Assembly (NCBI GenBank): GCA_051294375.1
Contig: CM119264.1
Span: forward strand, 1,409,923-1,473,922
Reading direction: 5' to 3'
Source of the DNA: Paraspadella gotoi
Taxonomy: Eukaryota; Animalia; Chaetognatha
Length of the DNA stretch: 64,000 nt
Part shown: piece by piece, positions 38,523 through 51,393 of the stretch
Layout: each line of letters begins with the position of its first letter
Position numbering within the stretch: position 1 is the first letter of the stretch
Notes under the pieces: model-generated
The model's database searches: none
Told to the model about the DNA's origin: nothing
What the model saw: only the letters and a program-made list of their open reading frames with translations
Position numbers and translations under genes: made by a program

Positions 38523-39764
38523 TTTTAATATTTTCTTTTCTTTTCTCAAACGGACCACCTCTCCTGTATTTTCATTCCATATCTGTGTTGTCCCCCTTCC
38601 CATGATTAATGGACCCGCGGTTTGAATTTCAACAATGGAACTTTTTTTTTCTTCCTTATTTTCGAGGGTTTAAGGAAGGCAGGAACCGGAAAATTAAAAT
38701 CGGGGGGACTGTCGGGATTTTTTAGCGTTTTTTTCTTCTTTTGTCTCCCGCGCGGGATTTCGACTGCAGCGACGCCAGACCGACCGATCTACATGCGCTT
38801 ATCGACCTTAATCACTTCAGGAACATTAATCACTTCCATCACTTTTGATCACTTTTAATTTTCTTTTTATTAAATTTCTTACTCATTAATCACTTTATCA
38901 CTAACGNNNNNNNNNNNNNNNNNNNNNNNNNAGGGGTTAGGGTGTAGGAGAACGTTAATGGCGCGCGAGGACGGGAGAGAATGACTTCGTATTCCTGATG
39001 CCCACGGGCGCGAAAGGACCCTCACGCGACGACGCCTGAGAGACGAGAGAGAGATCAGAAGATGAGAGAGAGAGAGAGACTGAGAGAGAGAGAGGAGAGA
39101 GAAGAGACAAAGAGAGAGACAGAGAGAGGAGAACAGGGCCAAGGACCAACGCAAAGGAAGAGATCAGAGACAGAGTGGGTCATCTTTTTGCGGGATTTCA
39201 AAAAGCAACACATGAGAGAGAGAGAGAGAGAGATCGAATGAGAGAGAGGGCATGAACGAGAGAGATGAGGAAGAGAGAGGAGAGAGAGAGAGAGAGAGAT
39301 TCGAATTAGCTAACGAGTGCAGAGGCGCGGGCAGGGAGTGACAGTAGGAAGAGAGAAGGACAGAGAGAGAGAGAAAGACCAGTCATGCCGAATAATTCAT
39401 GCCGACTTTGCAGTGACTCTTGACGCGACCCAACGTGAACCAACAGAGAGAGAGAGAAGAGAGAGAGAGAGCAGAGAGAGAGAGAGAGCAGAGAGGCAAG
39501 AGAGAGAGAGAGAGACTGGGAATGACTTTATCCCCAAACTTAACTTCCGGGGGAACTTCGGCATTTTTAGCGGTTTGTTTCTTCTTTTGTCTCCACGCGC
39601 GGGATTATCGACCTGCAGCGACGCCAGACCGACCGACCTCGCGCTTATCAGCCTAATCACTTCAGGACATTAATCATGTCCATCACTTTTGATCACTTTT
39701 AATTTCTTTTTATTAAATTTCTTACTCATTAATCACTAATAATCTTTTAACTCTATTACTAAAA

Positions 39765-40359
39765 ACTCAATCAGCCAGGTCACTTCTAATGACGCCTTAA
39801 ATCCTCAATAAATCAATCAAATAGTCTCAAAAAATCCAATCAATCAATCCATCAATCAAACTCAATCAATCAATCCATCAATCAATCACTTCAATCAATC
39901 AATCAATTCAATTCAATCAATCCAACCAAACTCAAAAACAAACTCTAAAAAATTACACATAACAGAAAGTAAACTATTTCAAAAAATCGTCTCGTAAATT
40001 TAAACCGCAGCGGTAACAAAAAAAACAAAAACAAATAATACGTGAAGATATTAAATATTTTTTTTACAATTTTTGTACCTGCCGTTTGCGATTTTATCTC
40101 AAATTTTATATCACCATAAATAGACACTTGGAGTATTTATTTTAATCGCCCCTTTTTAGTTTTAATTAAACTATTTTAAATTATTATTTATTATTAATTA
40201 ATATTTTATTATTTTAATCACCACTTTTTGTCTTTCGGAACACACAACCAAACTCTTCCTTTAATTTTTACTCAATCAGCCAGGTCACTTTAATGACGTT
40301 AAATACTCAATAATCAGTCAAATAGTCAAAAAATCCAATCAATCAATCAACCAATCAAC

Positions 40360-40438
<79 letters not shown>

Positions 40439-40770
40439 CCAAACTCAAAACAAACTCTAAAAAATTACACATAACAGAAAGTAAACTATTTCAAAAAATC
40501 GTCTCGTAAATTTTAAACGAGGGTAACAAAAAAAAATCAAATAAATAAACCGTGAAGATATTAATTTTTTTTTAACCGCCGTTTGTGATTTCCCGTTAGG
40601 AGCGATTTTATCTCAAATTTTAATCACCATAAATAGACACTTGGGAGTATTATTTTAATCGCCCCTTTTTAATTTTAATTAAATTATTTTAATTATTATT
40701 TATTATTAATTAATTATTTTGATTATTTTAATCACCACATTTTTGTTTTGGCAACACACAAACTCTCTAC
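39765..40770 (+). repeat. ~500-bp tandem duplication containing (CAAT)n; 38680-38900 is also duplicated at 39545-39740
   Basis: ACTCAATCAGCCAGGTCACTT starts both units (39766 and 40270); colinear to CACACAA. Confidence 0.85.
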
Positions 40771-40901
40771 TTTATGTCTTTGTTTTCTGTCGACACTCCA
40801 CTTTCCCTAATAGTAATAATTCTCTGGATGTGGACCACAAAAAGAAAAACGAAAACTCTTTTCTGACTCAATTCGTCGCGGGTGAGAAAGGAGGGTAAGT
40901 T

Positions 40902-40945
<44 letters not shown>

Positions 40946-41375
40946 CTCTTCTCTCTCTCTCTTTCTCTCTCTTCTCTCTCCTCTCTCTCTCTCTCTGCTC
41001 TCTCTCCGTCTATACCTCCCTCCTCTCTCGCTCTCGTGATCGCCGGCGGCCGAATCAAACAAAAACGCGATTGCGACATAAAAAATCGAAAGAAAAAAAA
41101 CGAAATTTTTTTTTCTTAAATTTCACCGGAGGCTTAATTTTTTTTTCTTTTTTTCATTAATTTTCTTTTTTCCCCCTTTTTGCTATTAGGTCATTTCTTT
41201 CAAAGGTTCATTTTTTTCGCATGTCTGTCTGTCTGTCAGTCTGTGTCAATGGGTTTCTGGAGTGGGGAAAGTCATCTTTCTGTCCTTGACTTATTTTCCC
41301 ACTTTTTTCTTTCTTTATTTCTTTTTGTTTTCATCTCTCTCTTTTTCTCTTTTTCTTTTTGTCTCTTTTTCTTTT

Positions 41376-41467
<92 letters not shown>

Positions 41468-42974
41468 TTTTCTTTCTCTCTTTCTTTTTTTCTTTATATT
41501 TTTCTTTCTTTCTTTCTTTCCCTCTTTCTTTCTTTCTTTCACTCAGTACCAAAAAAACCGCGACCAGTCCCCCCCCCAAAACCTTTTTCGTCTACGAGTC
41601 ATTTTCGTGACGGAGAAAAAAATTTAAAAGTCGAAAAAAAAAATTCAAAATTAAAATTCATTTTGACAAAAAAAAAACCCAAAAAAACCAAAAGTTTTTA
41701 ACTCGGTTAAAAATTATATATTTTTTTAAAGAAAAGCCACAATAATTAGGGGCAAGTGGATGACCAGCTTTTTTTTCTCTTTAGCTTAAGAGAAAAATGG
41801 TAATATAATTATAAAAAATACAAAAAATATGAAGAAAAAACTTTTTTTTCTTACTTCACTGATTTTCTATTCTAATTTCACTCCAAATTTTTCTTCGCAA
41901 GCAAAATATTTTTTTTTCTAAGTAAAGAACAAAAAAGCTAACTAAGGAACGATCGAACGAACGAACAAACGAAAGAACGAACGAAGGAACGAACGAACGA
42001 ACGAACTTAACAAAACAAAACGAAACGAATCAATCATCCAACATAAGCTTCTCAACCAATCAAATTTTCAGAAAGCTACTCAGCCAACCAAGCAACCCCC
42101 TGCCCGCTCAACAAGCACCCCAGCCAACCAATTAAGCCAACCAGCCAACCAATCACTCTCAACGATCGACCATCGCCTCCAACGTTTCTCGCTTCGAACG
42201 ACGGGAGACGATAATCCCTTTCTCTCACCGACCGACCGACTAGTTCCATCGAGATGGAATTCGAGATAAACGATTCCATCAGGCCGATGCCATCGCAGTC
42301 TGCCGTTGCAGGTGCCATTTGGAGTCTAGTTGGATCCCCTTATTTTCATCGGGTGTAGTTTGCACTTGCAATTCGATTGGGTAAAAGACTCAAGAGAATT
42401 ACAGACGTTTTTTTGGGTCGCGTTTAATTCTGCGAAATTGAAAAAAAGATCAGGTCCGAGTCTCGATTGATCAACTAAAGACAAAGAACGTTCGCAAGAT
42501 CAGCGGGTCACCATTTGCATTGATTTCAATCAGTCCAAGTGGATGGCGATCTTGCCATCTTCTATTGGTTCGGTCTGATGGCAGGAAACGGCTTGCGTTA
42601 TCTACCGGTAAACTAACGAAGCAGATGCTATCGCCTCCAGCAGCAGATGCCATGTCTCTCGTTTACCGCCTACAACGAAGGAGCTTAAGCCTACGATAAG
42701 CATCTGCCATCAATCGCCAGGTGCGAGAACCAAAACCAAAAGATCTCTCCGGTCTCTCCGATCCCTCCACAAGATGGATGCCACATTACTGCACCTGCAT
42801 CCAATGACGCCAAACGACCGCCACCTGCAACGAAAGATCAACCTGAGAAATGGCGTCCGTCGTCGTCATGGCAACGAAAAAGAATTTGAATCGAGAGAGA
42901 AAAGCGAGAGGGTGGGCGTGGAGAGAGAAAGAATTACGAGGTTGCGTCACCGCAGCGACCTCCCTTCGATTCCG

Positions 42975-43063
<89 letters not shown>

Positions 43064-43537
43064 GTTTTTGATCCCTGATCGCCTTCCCATTTCGGTTGCA
43101 TTCTGATTTCATATCGTTTCCATTACGATTCCATTAAGATTCTATTTAAATTCCACTATGATTCTTTATAAATTTGACTTCGATTCCATTAAGATTCTGT
43201 TTCATTTCCATTATGATTGTATTTTATTTCAATTACGATCCCACTTCGCGTATACGTTTATTTATTTCCATTTCCATTTTGATTACATTTTATTTCGACT
43301 TTGATTTTGTGACGTTTTCATTTAGATTCCATTTCATTTTCCCTTTATATTCCACTTTGATTCCATTTCGATTCCATTCCTTCTCTCTTTCCAAACTTGT
43401 CCCCGGTATCTCATTGACGTCCACGACTTGTCCCGCCCACCTTTCTTTCTCCAACTCCCCGCTTCCGTCGCGCATGGAAATGGCCTGATTTCCTCGGGTC
43501 TCCGCATCGGAATTGCCTTATTTGGGAGGAGGGGAAA

Positions 43538-43582
<45 letters not shown>

Positions 43583-43991
43583 TATCTGGGCTAAGAGCTC
43601 GCCCTCTCGGGGGTCCGCGACCTGGCCTTGTCGGCTTTGTCGGCAGAGAATCGATTTCGGGCTTTGTCGGTGTCCGATAGTTGGGTTTCTAGCGGATACA
43701 TACGGACTTTGTCAGCTGCAAAGCGATTTTGTCAGTGACGGCGTATATTTTGTCACTGTTTTGATCACTGCCGTATTACTAGGTTTTTGTCAATCTTTTC
43801 CAAGTTCAGTGTCCACGAGGAATCTTTATCAAACAATGTCAGTCTTTTATTGTCACTGTGTTCAACATTGTCATCTTTTGTCACTCAACGGGACCTTAGG
43901 ATATTTCCGACTCTTCCGCCCTCAAGGTCGAAAGAGGCGGCGAAAGAGATAGAAATCATTCGCCCGTTTGATATGAGTTACGTGACTCTAG

Positions 43992-44046
<55 letters not shown>

Positions 44047-44073
44047 ACACACGCGTCCGTCATCGCCGATGCC

Positions 44074-44139
<66 letters not shown>

Positions 44140-44637
44140 AGAGAAGAGAGAGAGAGAGAGAAATGGTAACGTGATATTGATTATTATTGATGGTCGTTGC
44201 CCCAAATTATTTATGGGTTAAGTCGGTTTTTGGTTCGCGTTAGTTTTAAAACCTTTTTGCCGAGATGTCATTCTTTCCGGCGCCGAGGGGTTTAGTGCCG
44301 GTGGAACTCGCGAGGCCGAGAAATCGCGCCGAGAAATCGTGTGGGCCGAAAGAGACAATTCCTATGCAATGAGAGAAATTCGTAACCGATTAAACGGAGA
44401 TATTTCTATGCGATTTTTGTTCGATTTATATGGGATTTATATGCAATTTATATGCGATTTATACGTAATTTCTATTCGACTTTGCGTGATGGGTGATCTT
44501 TCGATGTGAGACGAATTCGCGGTGAGAGAGTGAGAGGAGCTGCTGCAGTGTCCTTTTCTTGTTTTCGGTTGTTGTTTTGATTTTGTTTCGTTTTAAAGCG
44601 ACTGTGACAGCAGGTGGAACCAAACGGTGGGCGGTTA

Positions 44638-44686
<49 letters not shown>

Positions 44687-44712
44687 TCTCTATCTCTCTT
44701 CTCTCTTCTCTC

Positions 44713-44788
<76 letters not shown>

Positions 44789-45708
44789 GGTTAACGACAG
44801 GTCGAATCCAGGGACATGGTTTGGAAAATGGGAACCAACATTTTTCGCGGTAACAAATCATTATCTCCCTTGATTAAGCAAATTTCTTTGGTTGGTGGAT
44901 GATACGAAACTGCATTAAATATGAAATTCGTATAACCAATATAAAACTTATGTATTTTAACTATTAACTCAATTAATCCAGCATCCTTTATTTGGCGCCG
45001 ATTCCTTCATCCAAAGATGATAACATAACTGGACCCTCACAGTATGCTTTCATAACTGCATCTATCAGTGAAATGGTGAAACAATTAAAAGAATGTTTCA
45101 ATATATAGTATATAATATATAATATATAATATATAATATGATATATATTATAAAATAAAAAAACAATATAAGCAATTGTATGAACCATAAAATTAAAATA
45201 TCCATTCGTATCTGTAAAAGAAATATCTTCTTTTTCACAATGGATTCCTTTTTTTCACTTCCCGGTTGACAAATGACGAAATGGGAAAAAAATTACTTTC
45301 TTATCTTTTCAAAACAAAAAACCTTTTTTTTTCTTTTTTTTTTTCAAAGAAAGAATTCTCAGAAAGTAAAAGCATTTCCTCGACGGCCCCTCCGTGCCCT
45401 CGCGGCTTCAAAAAACCTCTTTCCTCTCGTCATTACGAGATTAACCTGTCACACACACACACAAAAAAACTTTTTCTTTCCCATTTTTCTTTCAGATAAA
45501 AAAAAATCTTATTCTTCTTCTCATGATGATTCGTTGAAGAAGAATACACCCCCACAAAAAAAAGGAAATTTCCCGCGAATGTCTCTCTCTCTGTCTTCGA
45601 TCGTAAACAACACAAAAGAAACAAAAGAGAGAAACAGTGAGACAGAGTGCTTCCCGCCCCCCAATCCAAAATCGTTTCGTCTTCGACGCGACGGGAGATT
45701 TCCACGAA

Positions 45709-45763
45709 TGACGTAACGAATGACGTCAAAATTACGTCACGAATTGACGTCAAAATCACGTCA
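45709..45763. promoter_or_regulatory. Cluster of five CRE/ATF-like sites ~100 bp upstream of the PDZ gene ATG
   Basis: TGACGTAA 45709, TGACGTCA 45721, TTACGTCA 45732, TGACGTCA 45745, TCACGTCA 45756. Confidence 0.55.
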
Positions 45764-45861
45764 CCGACGACAAAATGAAAACTCGCGAGAAAATTTCGAA
45801 AACTGAAACCAAAATAAAACAAATTTAAAATAAAACAAAAAAAAGAAAAAACAAAGGAAAG

Positions 45862-46961
45862 ATGTCGCTCGTTTGCTGTCGATGTATCTACATCTCTTGG
45901 GGCAAAACGGAGAGAAAGACTTCACCGACGCAGCCGGACGGCTCTGCGGCGTCCGCAGCAGCGCCGTCGGCAGCCGAAGATCGGCGCCGCTTCGTCGCCG
46001 GCGTGGATCCCTCCAGCGCCGCAATATCAGTACCGTATTCGTCTCGCGCGGCGCCACCTGGGACGGCATCCAAGGCATCCACGCTTCCGTGCGGTCCGGG
46101 TGCAGACTCGGACGAAGCGGACAGAAAATGGCTGACGACGACGTTCGGTCGGTGCGTCTCGGTATCCGTACAGACGGACCTCGATCGACTCGCCCACGAC
46201 CCTAGCGTCCGTCGGCCGAATCACGAACAGACGTCGCGTCGCCTCCGCGTTTCCGGCGTTTCCGACCAATCAGAGAGCTCGCCTCGTCGTCACGTGACGA
46301 TGCTCGACCAATCGGAGACTTCGCCTCGTCACGTTACCATTATCGACCAATCAGAGACTTCCCCTCGACGTCACGTGACGGTGATTGACAAATCGGGTGT
46401 CGCAGCCTCGAAGTTGCTCGACAAAAAGTGCCTTAACGAGTTGGAGTCTCAATCTCGACTCTTGTTGTCTTCGTCGACGTCGAATCACCAAGCAACCGCT
46501 ACGGACAATCAAAAAGAAGCAAGCAATCAGCCGACCAATCATAATCACCAACTTCGCAAGAAACACAATCATAACAACAACGACGAGGACGTAAAAGAGG
46601 ACGAGACGACAACGACGACGACGACGCCGACGACGGCGACGACGACGCGTCAGCCGATCGGCCTCGCGACGCCGTTTCGAGATTCAAACCGGCGCCCTCC
46701 GACGGCGCCGTCTCCAAACGAAGCCGGAGAAGAAGAGGATCCCGGCGTGGTGGTCGCCGACGACGACGACGACGATATAGACGACGAAGCGTTTCGTCTG
46801 CTCGAAGAATCCGGTTTCGATCTGGAATTCGAAGAAGTGACTCTTTGCCGTGAATCTCACGAGGACAGATTCGGTCTCACGCTTTGTTACGGAAGCGACG
46901 GGGCGACACCGAAGTCTTGTCAGCGAAAATCGAGGTTCGGGAGTTGCGGGGAGAACGGGAG
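45862..46961 (+). CDS. PDZD4/PDZRN3-4 (Slip1)-like protein, exon 1 (N-terminal Cys cluster, low-complexity region, first half of PDZ domain)
   Basis: LEFEEVTLCRESHEDRFGLTLCYGS matches the start of the PDZRN-family PDZ domain; donor GGGAG|GTGAG, phase 2; local frame disturbance at 46900-46950. Confidence 0.8.
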
Positions 46962-47848
46962 GTGAGAGGGAGAGGGTGATGGAGGAGGGAGAGTCGATGA
47001 GGGGAAGGGAGAGGGGATGGGAGAGGGAGAGGGAGAGGGGAGGGAGAGGGGAGGGAGAGGAGAGGAGGGAGGAGACGAGGAGGTGAGAGGTAGGGGGAGG
47101 GAGAGGGAGAGGGGAGGAGAGGGAGAGGGGGTGGGGAGGGAGAGGGAGGGGGGAGGGAGAGGGGGAGGACGGGGAGGTGAGAGGAGAGGGAGAGAGAGAG
47201 GGGGAGGGGAGGAGAGGGAGAGGGGGGACGGGAGGTGAGAGGGAGAGGGAGAGGCGGGAGCGGGAGGAGGAGAGGGGAGGGGGGAGGGGGAGGAGATGGG
47301 TGGAGGGAGAGGAGGAGGGAGAGGGAGAGGGGGAGGAGAGGAAGAGGAGAGGAGAGGAGGAGGACGGGAGGTGAGAGGAGAGGGGGAGGGAGAGAGAGGG
47401 AGGGGGAGGGAGAGGAGAGGGAGAGGGAGAGGGAGGGGGGGGAGGGGAGGGAGAGGGAGAGGGGGAGGGAGAGGGAGAGGGGGAGGACGGGGTGGAGGGA
47501 GAGGGAGAGGGGGAGGGGAGAGTTGAGAGGGGGAGGGAGAGGGAGAGAGAGAGAGGGGAGGACGGGGAGGTGAGAGGGAGAGGGGAGGGGGAGGAGAGGG
47601 GAGGGAGGGGGGAGGGAGGGGAGAGGGAATGAGGACGGGGAGGTGAAAGGGGAGAGGGAGAGGGAGAGGGGAGGGAGAAGGGGGGGGGAGGACGGGAGGT
47701 GAAGAGGAGAGGGGAGGGAGAGGGAGAGGGGAGAGGGGAGGACGGAGGTGAGAAGGGAGAGGAGGGAGGGGAGGGGGAGGGAGAGGGAAGGAGAGGGAGA
47801 GGGGAGAGAGAGGGAGGAGGGAGGGAGAGGCGAGAGAGAGAGAGAAGG
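46950..47848 (+). repeat. Polypurine G-rich minisatellite (~60-65 bp unit) in intron 1 of the PDZ gene
   Basis: Almost exclusively G/A; GACGGGAGGTGAGAGG recurs at ~47074, 47167, 47227, 47363, 47561, 47634, 47691 and 47740. Confidence 0.85.
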
Positions 47849-48145
47849 ATCATTTCATTGAGCGAATGCTTTCTCTCGTTGCCTTTAGGAATTTGGTTGA
47901 AAGAGGAAAATTTGTATTTTGTTACCAAACAACGATTTTTAATATAAACGATTAATAACGGACATTTTTCGACTTGCTTGTAAGACATGAAGACTTGCAA
48001 AGCGAATCGAAACATGTCCGTTATTAATTTTTTTTCTATTAAAAATCGTTGTTTGTAAACAAATTAAGTTTAATTATAATTTTAATTTTAGTTATAATTA
48101 AAGTAATAGTTAAAGTTTGTACTATCTTTCACCGCCCCCCCTCAG

Positions 48146-48736
48146 AGTCCAAGAAGGAGATCAAATCGTGAGCGTGAATGGAGTCGAAGTCGTGAGTCGA
48201 GATCAAGCCATCTATCTCTTCTGCCAGAACACTCAAGAGATCAGGCTGGGTTTGGCCAGGCCTTTCATGCAGCTGGAGTTGGACGAGGTGCTGCGGTGCG
48301 GGAGAGAGGTGGGTGATGGAGAAGAGGAGGCTGGAGTTGAGGAAGAGGAGGAAGAGGAATTGGACGAGGATGGAGTGAGGAAGAAGAGGAGGAAGGAGGA
48401 AGAGGACGAGGGCTGCTGCAGATCCTGCGCTGACACGACGACGACCGGCGTCGATTCTGGATTCGACGATCGACGCCTACAACGCCGCCCAATCTCCGCC
48501 ATCCCCAGACATTTACAGCAACAGCAGCCAACCGGCGCGGCGTGCTACGCTGCCGCGGCGCCCGTCTGTCGCGTCGTTTCCGGCAATTACGACAACGTAG
48601 CTCCGCGTAGCGTGGACGCTAAATTCGACGCCAGGAGCGACACGCGTAGCGAAGTCAGCGTATCGCTGGACGGATCGCAAGCGGGGGATAAAGACAGCGG
48701 TGTGGGAACGACGACGCGGAGCAGTACGGGATCGAG
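48146..48736 (+). CDS. PDZD4/PDZRN-like protein, exon 2 (second half of PDZ domain; DKDSGVG motif)
   Basis: CCCTCAG acceptor; RVQEGDQIVSVNGVEVVSRDQAIYLF..EIRLGLARP; conserved KDSGVG; donor GAG|GTAAGG. Confidence 0.92.
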
Positions 48737-49146
48737 GTAAGGGGAGGGTAAGGGATTTGAAGTGAGGTGAGAGATCAGGGCAGGGATTGATTAAGGAGAG
48801 GGATTGTTTGGTTACAAATATTTGGAACGATTACGCGAGAAATGGCCAAACGATTTTATTATCATTTCAAATCAATTCAAATCAATTCAAATCAAATTAA
48901 CCAAAGAAAAAATATTTTAATATGAAATACATTTGACAAATTTTAGTAGCTTAATCTAAATCTCCATTCATCATTGCCAAGCAACATTATTTAATATTAT
49001 TTTTTATCTATAATTCTTCAAAAAACATTTGAATAGAAAATAGTAAACAATATTAATATAAAAGTATCCTATAACATTACCCTTTTTTACACAAATCGAA
49101 TACTACAATATGCAAATGAGATTTAAAGACCTTTCTCCCGTAACAG

Positions 49147-50534
49147 GGACGGAGAATACGACGACGCCGATCTTCGCAAGGACGAACCGGCGCCTTCGCC
49201 GTCCCCGCACGGCGCCCGTCCTCCCGACGACGACCACGACGTGAACGGCGCCGTCACGCCGGAGGTCTTTCCCGCGACGTCGCTAGCGGACGATCTCCGA
49301 TGGTACGACAGCGACGCCGTCGTCTACGATCGTCGCACGGCGCCGCCCCAGCAGCCTCTGCGCCGCGAAGACAAACTGGAGCGGCTGCTCCGTTCGACGG
49401 AGGAGTCCCTGCTCCAACCGGCGGAGCAGCAATCCATCCTACTCCATCATTGCAAGAAATTGGAAGTGAATCTCAACGAAGAGATAAGAATTCTGAGCAG
49501 AGAAATGAACTCCATCAATATGAGATGTGACAACATCATTCGAACCCAGCACGAGATCAAGAGACTCAGCATGAGCGGATCCGAAGCGGAGACGGAAGGA
49601 GGAGAGGAGCAACAGCAGCAACAGCAGCAGCTGGAGGAGGACGACGCGGTAGAGCTGGACATCAGGGAGTCGACGAGTCATTTGAATCAAAGGATCGAGG
49701 AATTGTGGAAAGCGGAAGCCAACGATGACGTCATCTATACTTCATTTTCCGATTTGGACGAAGTCACGAAAATGGCGACGAAAGAAACCCGGCAGGTGGC
49801 GTCGTCTACGCCCGACGCGGCACGTCGCGCGGGTCAGGCGGAACCAGGCGTGGGAGTCGCCGGAAAATCAGGGCGAGGCTCTGGCCAGGCGACGTCGAAT
49901 CAGGCCGTGGCCGTATCGCCTTGGATCAGGCTTTCGGATCGAGCGCCGCCGCTGCCGCCGCGTATTCATCTGCCGCCACCGCCGCCGACGCATGGAGCAG
50001 CATCTCCCGATCCTCATCATCATCTTCTCTCTTCTCCAATCATCAGTCCTTACGCCACGACTCATCTTAACAATTGGTTGGCGAAAAACGGCGGCGCTGC
50101 GACAGCTGGTACGGCGACAGCGTCCTCGCCGCAGTCGACGCCGCCTCAGCCCCAGCGACACCGCTCGTCTCCCGTCGATCATCATCATCATCATTACCAG
50201 CGACTATTTCGTCACCAACAGAGGTCTCTGCCCGCTTCGCCCGTTCACTCCGTCGGGCAGAGTCCTTCCGCCGTAGATCTTAACCCTTATCATCTTTGCT
50301 ACGAAGATCCTTTGCCCGCTCAGTGGGGATCTATGAGACAGATGAACCGAGCGGGCACGGACGAGCCGAGGGGCCACAGGGGCGGAGGACGGCACGGGGC
50401 GGAGGAGGCGGAGGACCGCCCAAGATGGAAGGTCAAAATTCGCCCCGACGGATCGCGTTACGTGACTAGAGCCAGGCCGGTTAGGAATAAGTTGTTGCGC
50501 CAGAGGGCAGCGCAAGTGGAGAACGAACGACAGG
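49147..50534 (+). CDS. PDZD4/PDZRN-like protein, exon 3
   Basis: TAACAG acceptor in frame with ORF 49241; coiled coil [22 protein letters not shown]; family motif [28 protein letters not shown]; donor CAGG|GTGAGA. Confidence 0.92.
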
Positions 50535-50752
50535 GTGAGAGATGTTCATTTTTTTTCTTCATTCGCTATTTCGTTATGTCATTCATTAATTCGTTAACTA
50601 ATTCATTCATTTATGTTTTCTTCTGTTTTTTTTTATAATTATTTCGTTTGTCCTTAATTCATTAAATTATTTATTAGTTTGAGAGAGAGAGAGAGAGAGT
50701 CGTTATTCTTCTTCCGTTCTCAGTCAACCAAACCTCCCTGCCCCCCAAACAG

Positions 50753-51195
50753 GCTTAACCACAGACGACGACACCGTCTCGGAAATGAAAACCGGACGTT
50801 ACTGGACGAAAGATCAACGAAAGCGCCATCTTATGAGACAACGAGATCAAAGACTTCGCAAGCAATTCATGCTTGCTTGTCGTCAAAGGCAAGCAGGGTC
50901 TTCGGCCTCGACCCAGGAATTCGGGGCCTTGACGGGCCTGTCCGGCCTGTCCGGCCTGTCCGGACTGTCCGGCCTGTCCGGCCTCTCGGGATTGTCAGGG
51001 ACCGATAGTGAAGGCTGCATCGCCGGCCTGCTGCGGAGCGGCGTCGCCGGGATCGGAGCGGAGCCTGCAGCGCCGCCCGTCTCTCCTCGGCATCGCGGTG
51101 CCGGATTGGTTCAGCCGGCGGCGTCGGGAATGTCGACCGGCGTCTCCAAAGTGCTCACGGCGTCGACGAGTCACGTGGTCAGCGTCGGAGCTCGA

Positions 51196-51240
<45 letters not shown>

Positions 51241-51393
51241 TGCAACTCCTTCTCTCCGCAGCCAGGAATGAAACTCACCAACAGTCCCAAGAAGACGATC
51301 TCGACGACGACGATGGCGACGACGACGACGACGACGATGATGGCGACGGTGAGACCTCAACCTCACGGATTCGTCACCAACGCAGTTTTGTGA
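50753..51393 (+). CDS. PDZD4/PDZRN-like protein, last exon
   Basis: AAACAG acceptor; GLTTDDDTVSEMKTGRYWTKDQRKRHLMRQRDQR is the conserved C-terminal block of PDZRN3/PDZRN4/PDZD4; ends ..VTNAVL-TGA. Confidence 0.93.

Noticed and set aside
4246-44873. Numerous ORFs rich in SLSL, RERE, FFLS or KKER
   Set aside because: Translations of (AG)n and (AAAG)n microsatellites, which lack stop codons; no coding signal.
46684-48015. 443-aa Pro/Ser/Leu-rich minus-strand ORF
   Set aside because: Antisense reading of the intronic polypurine minisatellite.
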